From positions 1,664,001 through 1,728,000 of the forward strand of contig JAXHMG010000003.1 of NCBI GenBank assembly GCA_034521595.1: a stretch of 64,000 nt of DNA. The letters run 5' to 3'. Of this stretch, positions 22,362 through 32,296 are shown piece by piece (position 1 is the stretch's first letter; each line of letters opens with the position of its first letter). Made by a program: the position numbers and the translations under genes. Origin of the DNA: Gemmatimonadota bacterium (lineage in GTDB: Bacteria; Gemmatimonadota; Gemmatimonadetes; Longimicrobiales; Gaopeijiaceae). The notes beneath the pieces are model-generated. The model was not told the DNA's origin and ran no database searches. It was given only the letters and a program-made list of their open reading frames with translations.

Positions 22362-23627
22362 CTAGGCTGTGACCTCCGCCCGTTCCCGGGCGGGCTCATG
22401 TTGAGACTGCAACGGATCCGCCAGCACGTCCGCCAACATGTGGCGGGCGATGACCAGCTTCTGTACCTCGCTCGTGCCCTCGCCGATCTCACAGATCTTC
22501 GCGTCGCGCATCATACGCTCGACCGGATGCTCACTCGTGTACCCGGCCCCACCCATCACCTGGATCGCGCCGAGCGTGGCACGCATCGCGAGCTCCGAAC
22601 AGAAAAGCTTCGCCATCGCGGCCTCTTTCGAGAACGGCGCGCCCTGATCCTTGAGCCACGCCGCGTGGTACGTCAGATGCTTTCCGGCTTCGATCTCGGT
22701 CGCGAGATCGGAGAGGCGGAACTGGACCTGCTGGAAGTCCCACACCTTCTTACCGAACTGCTCGCGCTCGTTCACGTAGCGAACGGCCGTCTCGAATGCC
22801 CCCTCCGCGAGCCCGAGCGAAAGCGCGGCGACGCCGATCCGCCCCGCGTCGAGGGTCTTCATGAAGTTGACGAAGCCCAACCCTTCCTCGCCGAGCATTT
22901 GCTCGGCCGGCACGTACACGTCCTGCAGAAGCAACTCCCGTGTATCGGACGCCCGCCACCCCATCTTGTCTTCCTTCTCGCCGGCGGTCAGGCCCTCGCT
23001 GAACGGCAGATCGTCGCGATGGCCGAATCCGATCCGTTGAGCCGTGTTCAGGTCCACGGTCGGCTTGCACGCAATGAAGCTCGAGATGCCCCGAGCGCCC
23101 GCGTCCGCATCCGTCACCGCGGTCACGACGAAGATTTCACCCACACCGGCGTGGGTGATGAAGATCTTGGACCCGTTGAGGCGGTAGCCATCCCCTTCGG
23201 GGACCGCGCGGGTTCGGGTGCCCGAAGCGTCCGAACCCGCCCCGGGCTCCGTGAGCCCGAAGCCGCCGAGCACCTGGCCGCTCGCGAGCGGCGGAATGAA
23301 CCGCTCCTTCTGTTCACGTGTTCCGAACGCGAGGATGGGTGACAACCCGAGGGTCGTATGCGCCGAGACCGTGATGGAGTGACTCGCATCGACCTTGGCC
23401 AGCTCCTCGACCACCAGGATGTAACTGAGGTAGTCGCGCCCCATTCCCCCGAGATCTTCGGGAACCGGCACACCGAGGAGGCCCATCTCCCCCATCGTCT
23501 TCACGTTCTCCCACGGGAACGTGCAGCTCTCGTCGAGCTCGCGCGCCACCGGTGCGATGGCCTCCCGGGCAAAATCCCGTACCCGTTGTCTGAGCTGAAC
23601 GTGTTCGTCCGTGAGATATCGATCCAT
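22362..23627 (-). CDS. Acyl-CoA dehydrogenase (short/branched-chain type)
   Basis: [33 protein letters not shown] and [10 protein letters not shown] motifs. Confidence 0.92.
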   Translation of the reverse strand: MDRYLTDEHVQLRQRVRDFAREAIAPVARELDESCTFPWENVKTMGEMGLLGVPVPEDLGGMGRDYLSYILVVEELAKVDASHSITVSAHTTLGLSPILAFGTREQKERFIPPLASGQVLGGFGLTEPGAGSDASGTRTRAVPEGDGYRLNGSKIFITHAGVGEIFVVTAVTDADAGARGISSFIACKPTVDLNTAQRIGFGHRDDLPFSEGLTAGEKEDKMGWRASDTRELLLQDVYVPAEQMLGEEGLGFVNFMKTLDAGRIGVAALSLGLAEGAFETAVRYVNEREQFGKKVWDFQQVQFRLSDLATEIEAGKHLTYHAAWLKDQGAPFSKEAAMAKLFCSELAMRATLGAIQVMGGAGYTSEHPVERMMRDAKICEIGEGTSEVQKLVIARHMLADVLADPLQSQHEPARERAEVTA

Positions 23628-23648
23628 GATCTTTCAGGTCACCAGATT

Positions 23649-25115
23649 TCAGATTGACAGTTTCGACTCACACCGGTCGCACCGACCGCAATGGGCAGGC
23701 GCGCGCTCTCCAAAGTAACGCAGGAGAGCCCTCCGGCGGCAGCCGCGGCCACGCGCGAAACGTCGAACCGCGTTGAGCTTGCGCACGACCACGGCTCGAC
23801 GACGCAGCAGTGGCGCGGTATCCACGCGGTGCTCGACCCATACCCAGGCGTCCTGAAACCCTCCGGACGGCGGTTCGGTTCCGTCTCTCCCGTCCGGGTC
23901 GGCGACCATGGTGATCGCACCGACACGCTCGAGTGCCCGGAGCACCCCTTCCCGCTCGGCAGCATCGGAGAGGCTCGCCGCACGCACGACCGGCGGCATG
24001 TCCGACGGGGACCTCGCCCTCAACCGTCGGATCCGACGGAGCGAAGCCCGGAGCTCCTTTCCGGATGGATGGGTGGCATCGATCATGTCCCGCTGGAGCT
24101 TCAGGTCCGGCGGCGCATAGAAGGCCACGCAGGCCGCGTCGTCCCCGTCCCGTCCAGCCCGCCCCGCTTCCTGATAGTAGGCCTCCAAGGTGCTCGGAAG
24201 ACTCACGTGAATCACCGTCCGTACGTCGGCCTTGTCGATCCCCATACCGAAGGCGTTGGTGGCCACGACGGTTCGGCAGGCTCCCTCCATGAACGCGCTT
24301 TGGACATGGGTTCTGGCTCCTCCGGACAGCCCCGCGTGGTACGCCTGGGCAGGCATCCCGAAGGCCGCGAGGCGGTCCCGCACCATCTCCACCCGTCCCC
24401 GCGTCGGGGCGTACACGATCGCCGGGCCCGGCCGGCGACGAAGGATCCGGTACGTCTCACGAACCCGTTCGCCGAGCGTCCGTCGGCGTAAGACGACCCA
24501 CGAGAGGTTGGCACGGTCGAACGAGCGCACCACCACCAGGGGCTTCGAGAGCCCCAAGCTGTCCACGACATCTTCCCTGACATCCGGCGTGGCCGTCGCG
24601 GTGAGCGCGAGCGTGGGACATTCGAGCACGGCTCCGAACCGTCCGATGCGCCGGTACGCCGGCCGGAACTCGTGGCCCCATTCGGAGATGCAGTGGGCCT
24701 CGTCGACCGCCAACAACCGCACATCCAGGTCTCGTAGCTCGCTCCGGAAGGACGCCAACTCGAGCCGTTCGGGCGCCACGAAGAGCACGTCGAGCGCACC
24801 GGATCGGGCCGCGGTCAAGGTCGCGCGCCGTTCGGCCGCCGTCTGCGTCGCGCTCATGAAGGCGCCGCGCAGCCCCACCTCGAGCGCCCGGCGCACCTGG
24901 TCCTCCATGAGCGACACGAGGGGCGTGAGGACGAGGGTGATGCCCCCCAGCGCGAGCGCCGGAACCTGGTAGCACACACTCTTCCCCCCTCCCGTCGGGA
25001 GCACTCCCAGCGCGTCCCGCCCCTCGAGCACGGCACGGACGAGCTCCTCCTGTCCCGGCCTGAACCCGGGATAGCCGAAGTGGCGCCGCAACAGTTCGCG
25101 GGGATCGGGAGCCAT
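23649..25115 (-). CDS. recQ: RecQ-family ATP-dependent DNA helicase (short, no HRDC)
   Basis: PTGGGKS, DEAHCISEWGH, TATA, ATNAFGMGID, QEAGRAGRDG and Zn motif CRR..CGRCDRC. Confidence 0.9.
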   Translation of the reverse strand: MAPDPRELLRRHFGYPGFRPGQEELVRAVLEGRDALGVLPTGGGKSVCYQVPALALGGITLVLTPLVSLMEDQVRRALEVGLRGAFMSATQTAAERRATLTAARSGALDVLFVAPERLELASFRSELRDLDVRLLAVDEAHCISEWGHEFRPAYRRIGRFGAVLECPTLALTATATPDVREDVVDSLGLSKPLVVVRSFDRANLSWVVLRRRTLGERVRETYRILRRRPGPAIVYAPTRGRVEMVRDRLAAFGMPAQAYHAGLSGGARTHVQSAFMEGACRTVVATNAFGMGIDKADVRTVIHVSLPSTLEAYYQEAGRAGRDGDDAACVAFYAPPDLKLQRDMIDATHPSGKELRASLRRIRRLRARSPSDMPPVVRAASLSDAAEREGVLRALERVGAITMVADPDGRDGTEPPSGGFQDAWVWVEHRVDTAPLLRRRAVVVRKLNAVRRFARGRGCRRRALLRYFGERAPAHCGRCDRCESKLSI

Positions 25116-25213
25116 GGACCAAGCTCACGGCGGTCACCGGGCGGACCCATGAGCGAACGAGCCTCTTACCGTCCGAAGGACTCGAGCGTGGCGAGGCTCG
25201 AGCGTGGCGGAAC

Positions 25214-25459
25214 TCAACCGCGGGGGGCGACTCCCGCGCGGTCGTCCTCCTGATCGTCCGAATCGTCATCGGGCATGATTTCCCGACCACCCGGCAAGAA
25301 CCGAAGGGTCAGACCGAGCCCCAGAACCACGATCGCGGCCCCGATCATCCAACCACGATCCAGCGCCATGCCCACCACGGCGAGGACCGCCCCGAGCGTG
25401 AAGAGCCGGACCTTCCATTCGAGGTGCCGACCGGCCCGCCGGGAGCGATCCAGAAGCAT
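25214..25459 (-). CDS. Small two-TM hypothetical protein with acidic tail
   Basis: Two hydrophobic segments; co-oriented with and closely spaced to the crotonase gene. Confidence 0.6.
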   Translation of the reverse strand: MLLDRSRRAGRHLEWKVRLFTLGAVLAVVGMALDRGWMIGAAIVVLGLGLTLRFLPGGREIMPDDDSDDQEDDRAGVAPRG

Positions 25460-25473
25460 GATCGTCGCGACCG

Positions 25474-26244
25474 TCAGCGGGGCGAGCGTTCGAGGAATCG
25501 CCGCACCCCGGCGCGGCACTCCTCCGACATGCGCGCCTCGACATTGACCCTCGCCCCCAGCTCGATGCCGTCCGCGAGATCCAAGCCGTCGAGATCATAC
25601 AGAAGGCGCTTGGTCAGTGCGACCGCGCCCGGTGGCCGTTTCGCGAGTCCCGCCACATAGTCACGCGTCGCGGCCTCGAAGGCGGCGGGATCGAAGACGT
25701 GCTGAACCAGCCCCAGATCCGCGGCGGTCGACGCGCTCACCCGGGCTCCGTTCACGACCATGTCGAACGCGCTCCCTTCGGAAACCTTCCGGCGGAGCAT
25801 GGCCATCACCATCGCGGGCACGAATCCGAGGTGCACTTCCGGGTACCCGAACTCGGCCCCCTCCTCCGCGACCACGACGTCACAGGCCGTCGCCAGCCCG
25901 CAGCCGCCGGCCAGCGCACGCCCGCGCACGAGCGCAACCACCGGACAGCGGTGCTCACGCATCCGGATGAACAACGCTCCGAGCGACCGGGCGTCCTCGA
26001 GGTTCTCGTCCGCCGACATGGTCGCGATGCGCTCGAGCTCCGTGAGGTCGGCACCCGAGCAAAAATCCTTCCCCGCACCGGTGACGGTGACGACACGGAC
26101 GGACTCGTCCGCATCAGCCCGGTCCAACGCTTCCTTCAGGGCCGCTACGAGGGAGCTGTCCAGGGCGTTCCTCTTGTCCGGCCGGTTCAGGGTGAGCGTA
26201 GCCACCCCGTCCTCGACCTCGTACAACAGAACCGGTTCGGTCAC
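25474..26244 (-). CDS. Enoyl-CoA hydratase, methylglutaconyl-CoA hydratase (LiuC)-like
   Basis: NRPDKRNAL, FCSGADL, AGGCGLATACD and PEVHLGFVPA motifs; GTGA overlap with the upstream gene. Confidence 0.82.
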   Translation of the reverse strand: MTEPVLLYEVEDGVATLTLNRPDKRNALDSSLVAALKEALDRADADESVRVVTVTGAGKDFCSGADLTELERIATMSADENLEDARSLGALFIRMREHRCPVVALVRGRALAGGCGLATACDVVVAEEGAEFGYPEVHLGFVPAMVMAMLRRKVSEGSAFDMVVNGARVSASTAADLGLVQHVFDPAAFEAATRDYVAGLAKRPPGAVALTKRLLYDLDGLDLADGIELGARVNVEARMSEECRAGVRRFLERSPR

Positions 26245-26633
26245 ACGTACTCTCCCTGCTCCGGTTCCCATCCTTCCGGCACCCGCCCCCGGCCCCGAAC
26301 CGCCTCCGCGACCTCCTCGGGAACCTCGACCTCCATGCGCAGCATGGCCGTGCTGAACACCTTCCCCTGGGCGTCGTTCATGAGAGACATCGTGCCCCCG
26401 CCATCCAGCGCGCCATGGAGGAGGAAGTTGAGCGCATAGAGGTTCGGAAGCTCGAACCGCTCCACCTCTCCCGTGACCATCGGCCCGAAATGCTCCTTTA
26501 TTCGGTCGGGCGTGAGCTGTTCGACGAGAAGATCGTAGTGCTCGGGTTCGTAAGCGATGATCCCGACGTTGGCGGTATCACCTTTGTCACCCGAGCGCGC
26601 GTGCGCGAGGTGCACCAACTGAATGCGGCTCAT
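26241..26633 (-). CDS. Small AtuA-related protein (AtuA C-terminal-like domain)
   Basis: AHARSGDKGD, VERFELPN, ALNF and DAQGK motifs; ATGA overlap with atuA. Confidence 0.8.
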   Translation of the reverse strand: MSRIQLVHLAHARSGDKGDTANVGIIAYEPEHYDLLVEQLTPDRIKEHFGPMVTGEVERFELPNLYALNFLLHGALDGGGTMSLMNDAQGKVFSTAMLRMEVEVPEEVAEAVRGRGRVPEGWEPEQGEYV

Positions 26634-28012
26634 ACGTCTTTCACCTCCACCACCAGGTGCGGCTGGACGGCTTCCTTCCGGATGAGGGCCGGCCAGTAGG
26701 CCATGATCTCTTGGACACGCGGACGCCCCCCGGCGAAGCCGGTCACGGACGGCGGCCCCGTAAGCACGAGTGGAGCGATCTCTCGTGAGAAGCGCTCGAC
26801 CGCGGCACGATCCTCCGAGCGCACTCCGATCCGGAGCTGAACCTCCGGAATGTCCGCCGGCGGAGGTCCGACCAACGCTCCGTGCGTCGAGTCCCAACCC
26901 ACCAACTCCGTGCGCACCTCATCGAACTCGAAGCCCAGCCGATCCAACCGCTCGCGAAGGATCCGGGCCGCGGCTCGTGCCTTTTGCGGAGCGTCCGGCC
27001 AGCCGTAGGTCAGCGTCCCGGTCGCCTTCCACCCGGCGGAATACGCGATGGACACCTTGAGGAAATCCGTCGCCGCGCTTCCTTGAATTCCGTGCACGCG
27101 GACGCGGTCCGGGCCAACCTCGTCGAGCTGAATCGTCGTGAAGTCGGCGATCACGTCGGGGGTGATATAATCCGTCGGATCGCCCATCTCATACAGGATC
27201 TGCTCGGCCACCGACGCTCGCGTCACACGGCCGCCCGTGCCGTCGTGCTTCGTGACCACGAAGCTTCCGTCCGGGGACACCTCCACGATCGGAAAGCCCA
27301 GATCGCTCATGTGGGGGATCTCCCACCAGTCGATCATGCAGTTCCCGCCCGTGCACTGTGCGCCGCACTCGTTGATGTGCCCCGCGATCACCCCGGAGGC
27401 GATCCGGTTCCAATCATCGGTGGCCCACCCGAACTCGTGCATCAGGGGACCGTAGGTGAGGGCCGTATCCGTGCTGCGTCCGGTCACGACGACGTCGGCC
27501 CCCTTCTCGAGAGCCTTCACGATCGGTCCCGCGCCGATGTACGCGTTCGCGCTTTGCACCGAATCGCGGATCGTCGAGAGCGGCTCGCCGGTTTCCATGT
27601 TGCGGAGCTCGTGCCCCTGTTCGAGCAACTCGTCGAGGCGCTCCATGAGGCCATCGCCGGTCACCAAGCCGACCTTGGCCTGACCGCTCACGCCCGCCTT
27701 CCGGCCGGCCTCGACCAGGGCCTCCGCGCAGCCTTCGGGATTCACGCCCCCGGCGTTCGTGACCACGCGGACGCTCCGCTCTACGCAGGTCGGGAAAATG
27801 CGTTCCATGAGAGGAACAAAGTCACGCGCGTATCCGGCCGCCGGATCCCGACCCCGCTGCTTTTGCATGATGGACATCGTGACCTCGGCCAGATAGTCCA
27901 TCATGAGGTAGTCGAGCGGGCCGCGTTCCACCTGGCGGACCGGCGCGTCCGGATCGTCACCCCAGAAACCCTGTCCACTCCCGACACGCACCGTACGATC
28001 GGTGCTGCTCAT
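26630..28012 (-). CDS. Acyclic terpene utilisation AtuA family protein (DUF1446)
   Basis: GFWGD, DYLAEVTM, NAGGVNP, ANAYIG, GHINECG, EQILYE and YITPDV motifs. Confidence 0.88.
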   Translation of the reverse strand: MSSTDRTVRVGSGQGFWGDDPDAPVRQVERGPLDYLMMDYLAEVTMSIMQKQRGRDPAAGYARDFVPLMERIFPTCVERSVRVVTNAGGVNPEGCAEALVEAGRKAGVSGQAKVGLVTGDGLMERLDELLEQGHELRNMETGEPLSTIRDSVQSANAYIGAGPIVKALEKGADVVVTGRSTDTALTYGPLMHEFGWATDDWNRIASGVIAGHINECGAQCTGGNCMIDWWEIPHMSDLGFPIVEVSPDGSFVVTKHDGTGGRVTRASVAEQILYEMGDPTDYITPDVIADFTTIQLDEVGPDRVRVHGIQGSAATDFLKVSIAYSAGWKATGTLTYGWPDAPQKARAAARILRERLDRLGFEFDEVRTELVGWDSTHGALVGPPPADIPEVQLRIGVRSEDRAAVERFSREIAPLVLTGPPSVTGFAGGRPRVQEIMAYWPALIRKEAVQPHLVVEVKDV

Positions 28013-29631
28013 GCATCCTCCGGTATCTGGAAGGCCCCTACATGCGGGCCCTCGTTGTTCAATGAGGCTCTCAGGAGCAAGCTCAGCGCGGAGCGCAGCT
28101 CCTCCGGGAGCACGATCTCGTCGACAAAGCCGCGTGCGGCCGCGAAGCGGGCATCGAGTTGCCGCTCGTACTCGGCACGAACCTCGTCCATGCGGGTCTC
28201 GAGGTCTTCGTCCGGCGCCTTGCCTTCTTCCTTCAAGCGGTCGAGTTGCGCGCTAAAGAGGGCCATGACCGCGCTCTCCCCCTCCATGACCCCCATCCGC
28301 CCCGTGGGTAGCGAGAGAATGAAATCGGGATCGAAACCCTGCCCGGCCATGGCGTAGTAGCCCGCGCCCGACGCATGGTTCAAGGTGAGCACCAGCTTCG
28401 GAACGGTCGCCGTGGCCATTGCTTCCACGAACTCCGCGCCCGCCCGGATGATGCCCGAGTGCTCGGCTTCGGTTCCCACCATGAAGCCCGACACGTCCTG
28501 TACGAAGAGAATCGGGGTCCGGTGCCGGTTCATCGTCTCGATGAAGTAGGCCACCTTGCGAGCGCTCTCCGTGTAGACGATCCCGCCGAAGCGCGGCGGC
28601 CCACCCTTACCGCTCTTGAACATGCCGCGCGCGTTCGCGATCACGCCCACCGGCATCCCGTCGAGGAACCCGGTGCCGCAGAGCATCTCCTTGGCGTGCT
28701 CGGGTTGGAACTCTTCGATGCCGTCGCCGTCGAGGATGCAGTCGAGCACCTCCCGCGTGTCGTACGGCTGCCGATGGTCGTCCGGCAGAATGTCGTAGAG
28801 CTCCTGGACGAGGCGCTTCGGTGGTGTCGCTTCCCGCTCTCCGTGCTCCACGTCGGAGGGCAACTCGTGAACCAGACGCCGCAGTCGCTCGACACACTCC
28901 TGGTCGTCGTCGACCATGTAGTGAGCCACCCCGCTCACTTCGGTATGGACGCGCGCGCCCCCGAGCTCCTCCGAGCCGACGCTCTGCCCCGTGGCTCCTT
29001 TCACCAGATTCGGTCCGCCCAAACCCATGAACGAAGTGCCGTCCACCATGAGGATGACGTCCGACAGCGCCGGAAGATACGCGCCCCCCGCGATACACGG
29101 CCCCATCACGGCGGCGAGCTGCGGAATGCGCAGGTACCGGCGCATGATGGAGTTGTAGTAGAAGATCCGCGCCGCACCGTACTGGCCCGGGAACACTCCC
29201 CCCTGGTACGGGAGGTTCACACCCGCGGAGTCCACCAGATAGATGATCGGGATCCGGCAGCGCATCGCCACTTCCTGCGCCCGCAGGATCTTGGTGATGG
29301 TCTCCGGCCACCACGATCCGGCCTTGACCGTCGCGTCGTTCGCAACGACGACGACTTCCCGGCCTTCGACCCGCCCCACGACCGTGACGACTCCGGCACC
29401 CGGCGCCTTTCCGTCATACTGGTCGTGCGCCACGAGCATGCCGACTTCGACTCGGGGCTCGTCCGCGTCCAGAAGAAGATCGATCCGCTCCCGGGCGGTC
29501 AGCTTCCCCTGCTCGTGTTGCTTCTCGATCCGCTTCGGCCCACCCCCGAGCCGTAGGCGCTCACGAAGCTCTTGGAGCTCCTCCGCGAGCGTGCCGAGTC
29601 TTCCTTTTTCCTCCTTGGTTTCCGTCGCCAT
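28009..29631 (-). CDS. Acyl-CoA carboxylase beta (carboxyltransferase) subunit, MCC-like
   Basis: GKLTARERI, ANDATVKAG, DSAG, CIAGGAY, QDVSGFMVG and GAGYYAM motifs. Confidence 0.9.
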   Translation of the reverse strand: MATETKEEKGRLGTLAEELQELRERLRLGGGPKRIEKQHEQGKLTARERIDLLLDADEPRVEVGMLVAHDQYDGKAPGAGVVTVVGRVEGREVVVVANDATVKAGSWWPETITKILRAQEVAMRCRIPIIYLVDSAGVNLPYQGGVFPGQYGAARIFYYNSIMRRYLRIPQLAAVMGPCIAGGAYLPALSDVILMVDGTSFMGLGGPNLVKGATGQSVGSEELGGARVHTEVSGVAHYMVDDDQECVERLRRLVHELPSDVEHGEREATPPKRLVQELYDILPDDHRQPYDTREVLDCILDGDGIEEFQPEHAKEMLCGTGFLDGMPVGVIANARGMFKSGKGGPPRFGGIVYTESARKVAYFIETMNRHRTPILFVQDVSGFMVGTEAEHSGIIRAGAEFVEAMATATVPKLVLTLNHASGAGYYAMAGQGFDPDFILSLPTGRMGVMEGESAVMALFSAQLDRLKEEGKAPDEDLETRMDEVRAEYERQLDARFAAARGFVDEIVLPEELRSALSLLLRASLNNEGPHVGAFQIPEDA

Positions 29632-30047
29632 CAGGCGACCTCCCGGGACGCGATCCAGTTACGGATGTAGTCGATCGCCTCGGAGGTCGGAGTGCCGGGG
29701 CCGAAGAGCTTACCCATCCCCCGCTCCTCCAGCTCCTTCATGTCCTCCTCCGGGATGATGCCGCCCCCCGTGAGCAGCACGTCATCCGCTCCCGCCTCGT
29801 CGAGAAGCTCCTTCACTCGAGGGAACAGCGTCATGTGGGCGCCGGACAGGACGGACATGGCAACCACGTCGACGTCCTCCTGAACGGCCGCGGCGACGAT
29901 CATCTCGGGCGTCTGGTGCAGGCCGGTATAGATGACCTCGAACCCCGCATCACGGAAGGAGCTCGCGATCACCTTGGCGCCCCGGTCGTGGCCGTCGAGG
30001 CCGGGCTTCGCCACGAGCACTCGGATCTTGCGATCAGTGTTGGACAT
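29631..30047 (-). CDS. Cobalamin-binding small subunit of acyl-CoA mutase
   Basis: [11 protein letters not shown] (DxHxxG), SVLSGAH and GGIIP motifs. Confidence 0.95.
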   Translation of the reverse strand: MSNTDRKIRVLVAKPGLDGHDRGAKVIASSFRDAGFEVIYTGLHQTPEMIVAAAVQEDVDVVAMSVLSGAHMTLFPRVKELLDEAGADDVLLTGGGIIPEEDMKELEERGMGKLFGPGTPTSEAIDYIRNWIASREVA

Positions 30048-30155
30048 CGGGCACGTCCCCGCGTCAATCGTTGTGTGTGTGGAAGGAGGGAATGTACGGC
30101 TGAAAAAGATAGGGGAAGGCGGCCGTCGCGGGAATTCGGGACGCGAGAAGCAGGC

Positions 30156-32234
30156 TCACCGGAGACGCACACGCACGGAAAGCATCCGCCCCGGCTGCGG
30201 GAGGCCGCACTGATCGAAGACCGCAGCGTCTCCGACGTTCGATACGGACAAGGAAAGCTCTCCCCGAGCGGAGTCACCAAACCCCGGAAGCCGGAGGCTC
30301 CGGCGAAGCCCGAGGTCGAGCCGAGGACTCGTGTCGAACGACTCCACCCCCCCGATCTCGGGGTTCTGACAGAGCTGACTGCCGACGACGGAAAGGTCGG
30401 CCGACGCCACCACGTCCAACAGCGCCTCCCGCTGCACCCCGAGCTCGGCCATGAACGCGGGCTCGTATTCGAGGGCGACGGGACTCCCGTCGGGGTTCCA
30501 TCCCGTCACGTCCTGGAGCGTCAGGTCACCGGACAGGAGCGTGCCGAGGAACCGGGCATTGGCCAGCACCTCGACTCCCGTGCCGTGCACGGCCTCCTGG
30601 TTCACACGTCGGAAGCGGCCACCCTCCGGCGTTTCGACGGTCTCCCGCACGATCCCGTCTCGGAGGCGTTGGTGGAAGCCCACGACTTGCACGCTGCCGG
30701 CACGGCCTTCGAATGTGACCCCCGCCTCACCGGCGATGAGGACCTCGGGGCCCAGGTCGGGATTCGGGTCGAAGCGACCCAAGGCGCCCGAGTAGAGCTC
30801 GCGCAACGCGGGGAAGCGCGTTCGCCGGCTGACCGATGCGTGGTACGACACGGACTCCCCGGTCGATAGCGACGACAACCCGAGCCGAGCGCCCCAGTCC
30901 CAAAGGCGGGCGAGCGCGGGCTTGTCTCCGGACTCAGGAGTGTCGGCCCCGTCCGCCGCCGCACCTACCGTGACGCGCGTAGTTCCAAGACCAGGGAGGC
31001 CCAAAAACCCGTCGAAACGTTGCTCGAGCTCCGCGCCGAGGCTCCACAAGCGCTGGGAGTAGGCGACCTCGGGCCCGCCACCGATGACCTCGTCGTGATC
31101 CACGTCCGCGAAAGTCACCGCCGCGCGAAGATCCGTCCGCTCCCTGACGCCGGCGTCGCCCATCAGACGGAGCGTGAGGGTGCGGTCATCCCCCCGCTCC
31201 GTGTCCACCACCTGGTCGAAAGCCTCGCTCGCGAATACATCGATCTCGGTGCGTCCGAGGTCGAGGCCGACGGATGCTTCGAGGTCGCCCGTTCCGAGCG
31301 GCGTCTCGTGGAAGCCGGTCCCTCCCGAAAGCGCCACGACGGTCCGGCTTTGGTACGGATAGCGCCAGAGGCGGGGATCCTGGACGTGCGCCTCCGGAGG
31401 CACCCCCCGTTCGGACTGAAAGCCCAACCCTACGGCCGAAAGCCACGGCCCCGCATCACTCCGGTACCGTGCCGAGGCAAAGGCGTCGAATCGGTGGACA
31501 TCGGAGTTCAACCGGATACGTCCGTCCTCCGTGAGGAAGCGCCGCTCGAGGTCGGACGTGTCGAGAACGTCCGGCAGTGGCGTTCCGCCGTGATGCTGGA
31601 ATCCGGCTCCACCCCGCAGCTCCCACGTTCCGTCGCCCGTCTCGACGAGGGCGCCTCCGGTCCCCGCGAAGGAGGTGCCGCCGGTATGGTTTATCCCGAG
31701 CTGCACCGTGAGTGGCTGCGGTCGCTCGTATCTTTCCGGGCCGCGAGCGATGTCGATCTCGACCGCTCCACCCAACACGTTCGGGCCGTGCAGGATCGTG
31801 GAGAGTCCCCTGACGAGTCGGATCCGGCGCGCCGCGGTGAGCGGAATCACGGACAGGTCGGTTCGCGCATCCCATCCGAGCGTGAGCGGGACACCGTCCA
31901 CGAGCACCGCGACCTGACGATCCTCGGCGCCCCGGAGCGCCGGTTGCGCCTCGCCCCTCGAATTCGTCCGGATGACGATCAGTGGCATCGCCCGGAGCGC
32001 CTCTTCGAGAGTCGGCGCGGGACGCAGCGGCACGGAGTCCAGATCGACCTCGACCGTGCTCGAACCGCCCACCGTGCTGACCGGGCGTGGCACGTCGATG
32101 GTGATTCCCTCGATATCGTACCGGCCGACGGAATCCGTCGTCACCGTATCGGAGGGTTCCTGGCCGCTTCCGGGAACCGGAGCACAGGCGATCACGAGCC
32201 CGAGCACGACGGTGTGACGAAGGCTGGAGAGCAT
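30156..32234 (-). CDS. TonB-dependent outer-membrane receptor
   Basis: Signal peptide; plug motifs (VLVDGVP, LHGPNVLGGAV); RFPALRELY, NPDLGPE and terminal PQPGR plus beta-strand. Confidence 0.85.
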   Translation of the reverse strand: MLSSLRHTVVLGLVIACAPVPGSGQEPSDTVTTDSVGRYDIEGITIDVPRPVSTVGGSSTVEVDLDSVPLRPAPTLEEALRAMPLIVIRTNSRGEAQPALRGAEDRQVAVLVDGVPLTLGWDARTDLSVIPLTAARRIRLVRGLSTILHGPNVLGGAVEIDIARGPERYERPQPLTVQLGINHTGGTSFAGTGGALVETGDGTWELRGGAGFQHHGGTPLPDVLDTSDLERRFLTEDGRIRLNSDVHRFDAFASARYRSDAGPWLSAVGLGFQSERGVPPEAHVQDPRLWRYPYQSRTVVALSGGTGFHETPLGTGDLEASVGLDLGRTEIDVFASEAFDQVVDTERGDDRTLTLRLMGDAGVRERTDLRAAVTFADVDHDEVIGGGPEVAYSQRLWSLGAELEQRFDGFLGLPGLGTTRVTVGAAADGADTPESGDKPALARLWDWGARLGLSSLSTGESVSYHASVSRRTRFPALRELYSGALGRFDPNPDLGPEVLIAGEAGVTFEGRAGSVQVVGFHQRLRDGIVRETVETPEGGRFRRVNQEAVHGTGVEVLANARFLGTLLSGDLTLQDVTGWNPDGSPVALEYEPAFMAELGVQREALLDVVASADLSVVGSQLCQNPEIGGVESFDTSPRLDLGLRRSLRLPGFGDSARGELSLSVSNVGDAAVFDQCGLPQPGRMLSVRVRLR

Positions 32235-32296
32235 GGGAGTCCGTAGGAGCTTTATCGGGTTCCCGCCTGCGACCGGCTCGTAACTCAATCGGCGAG

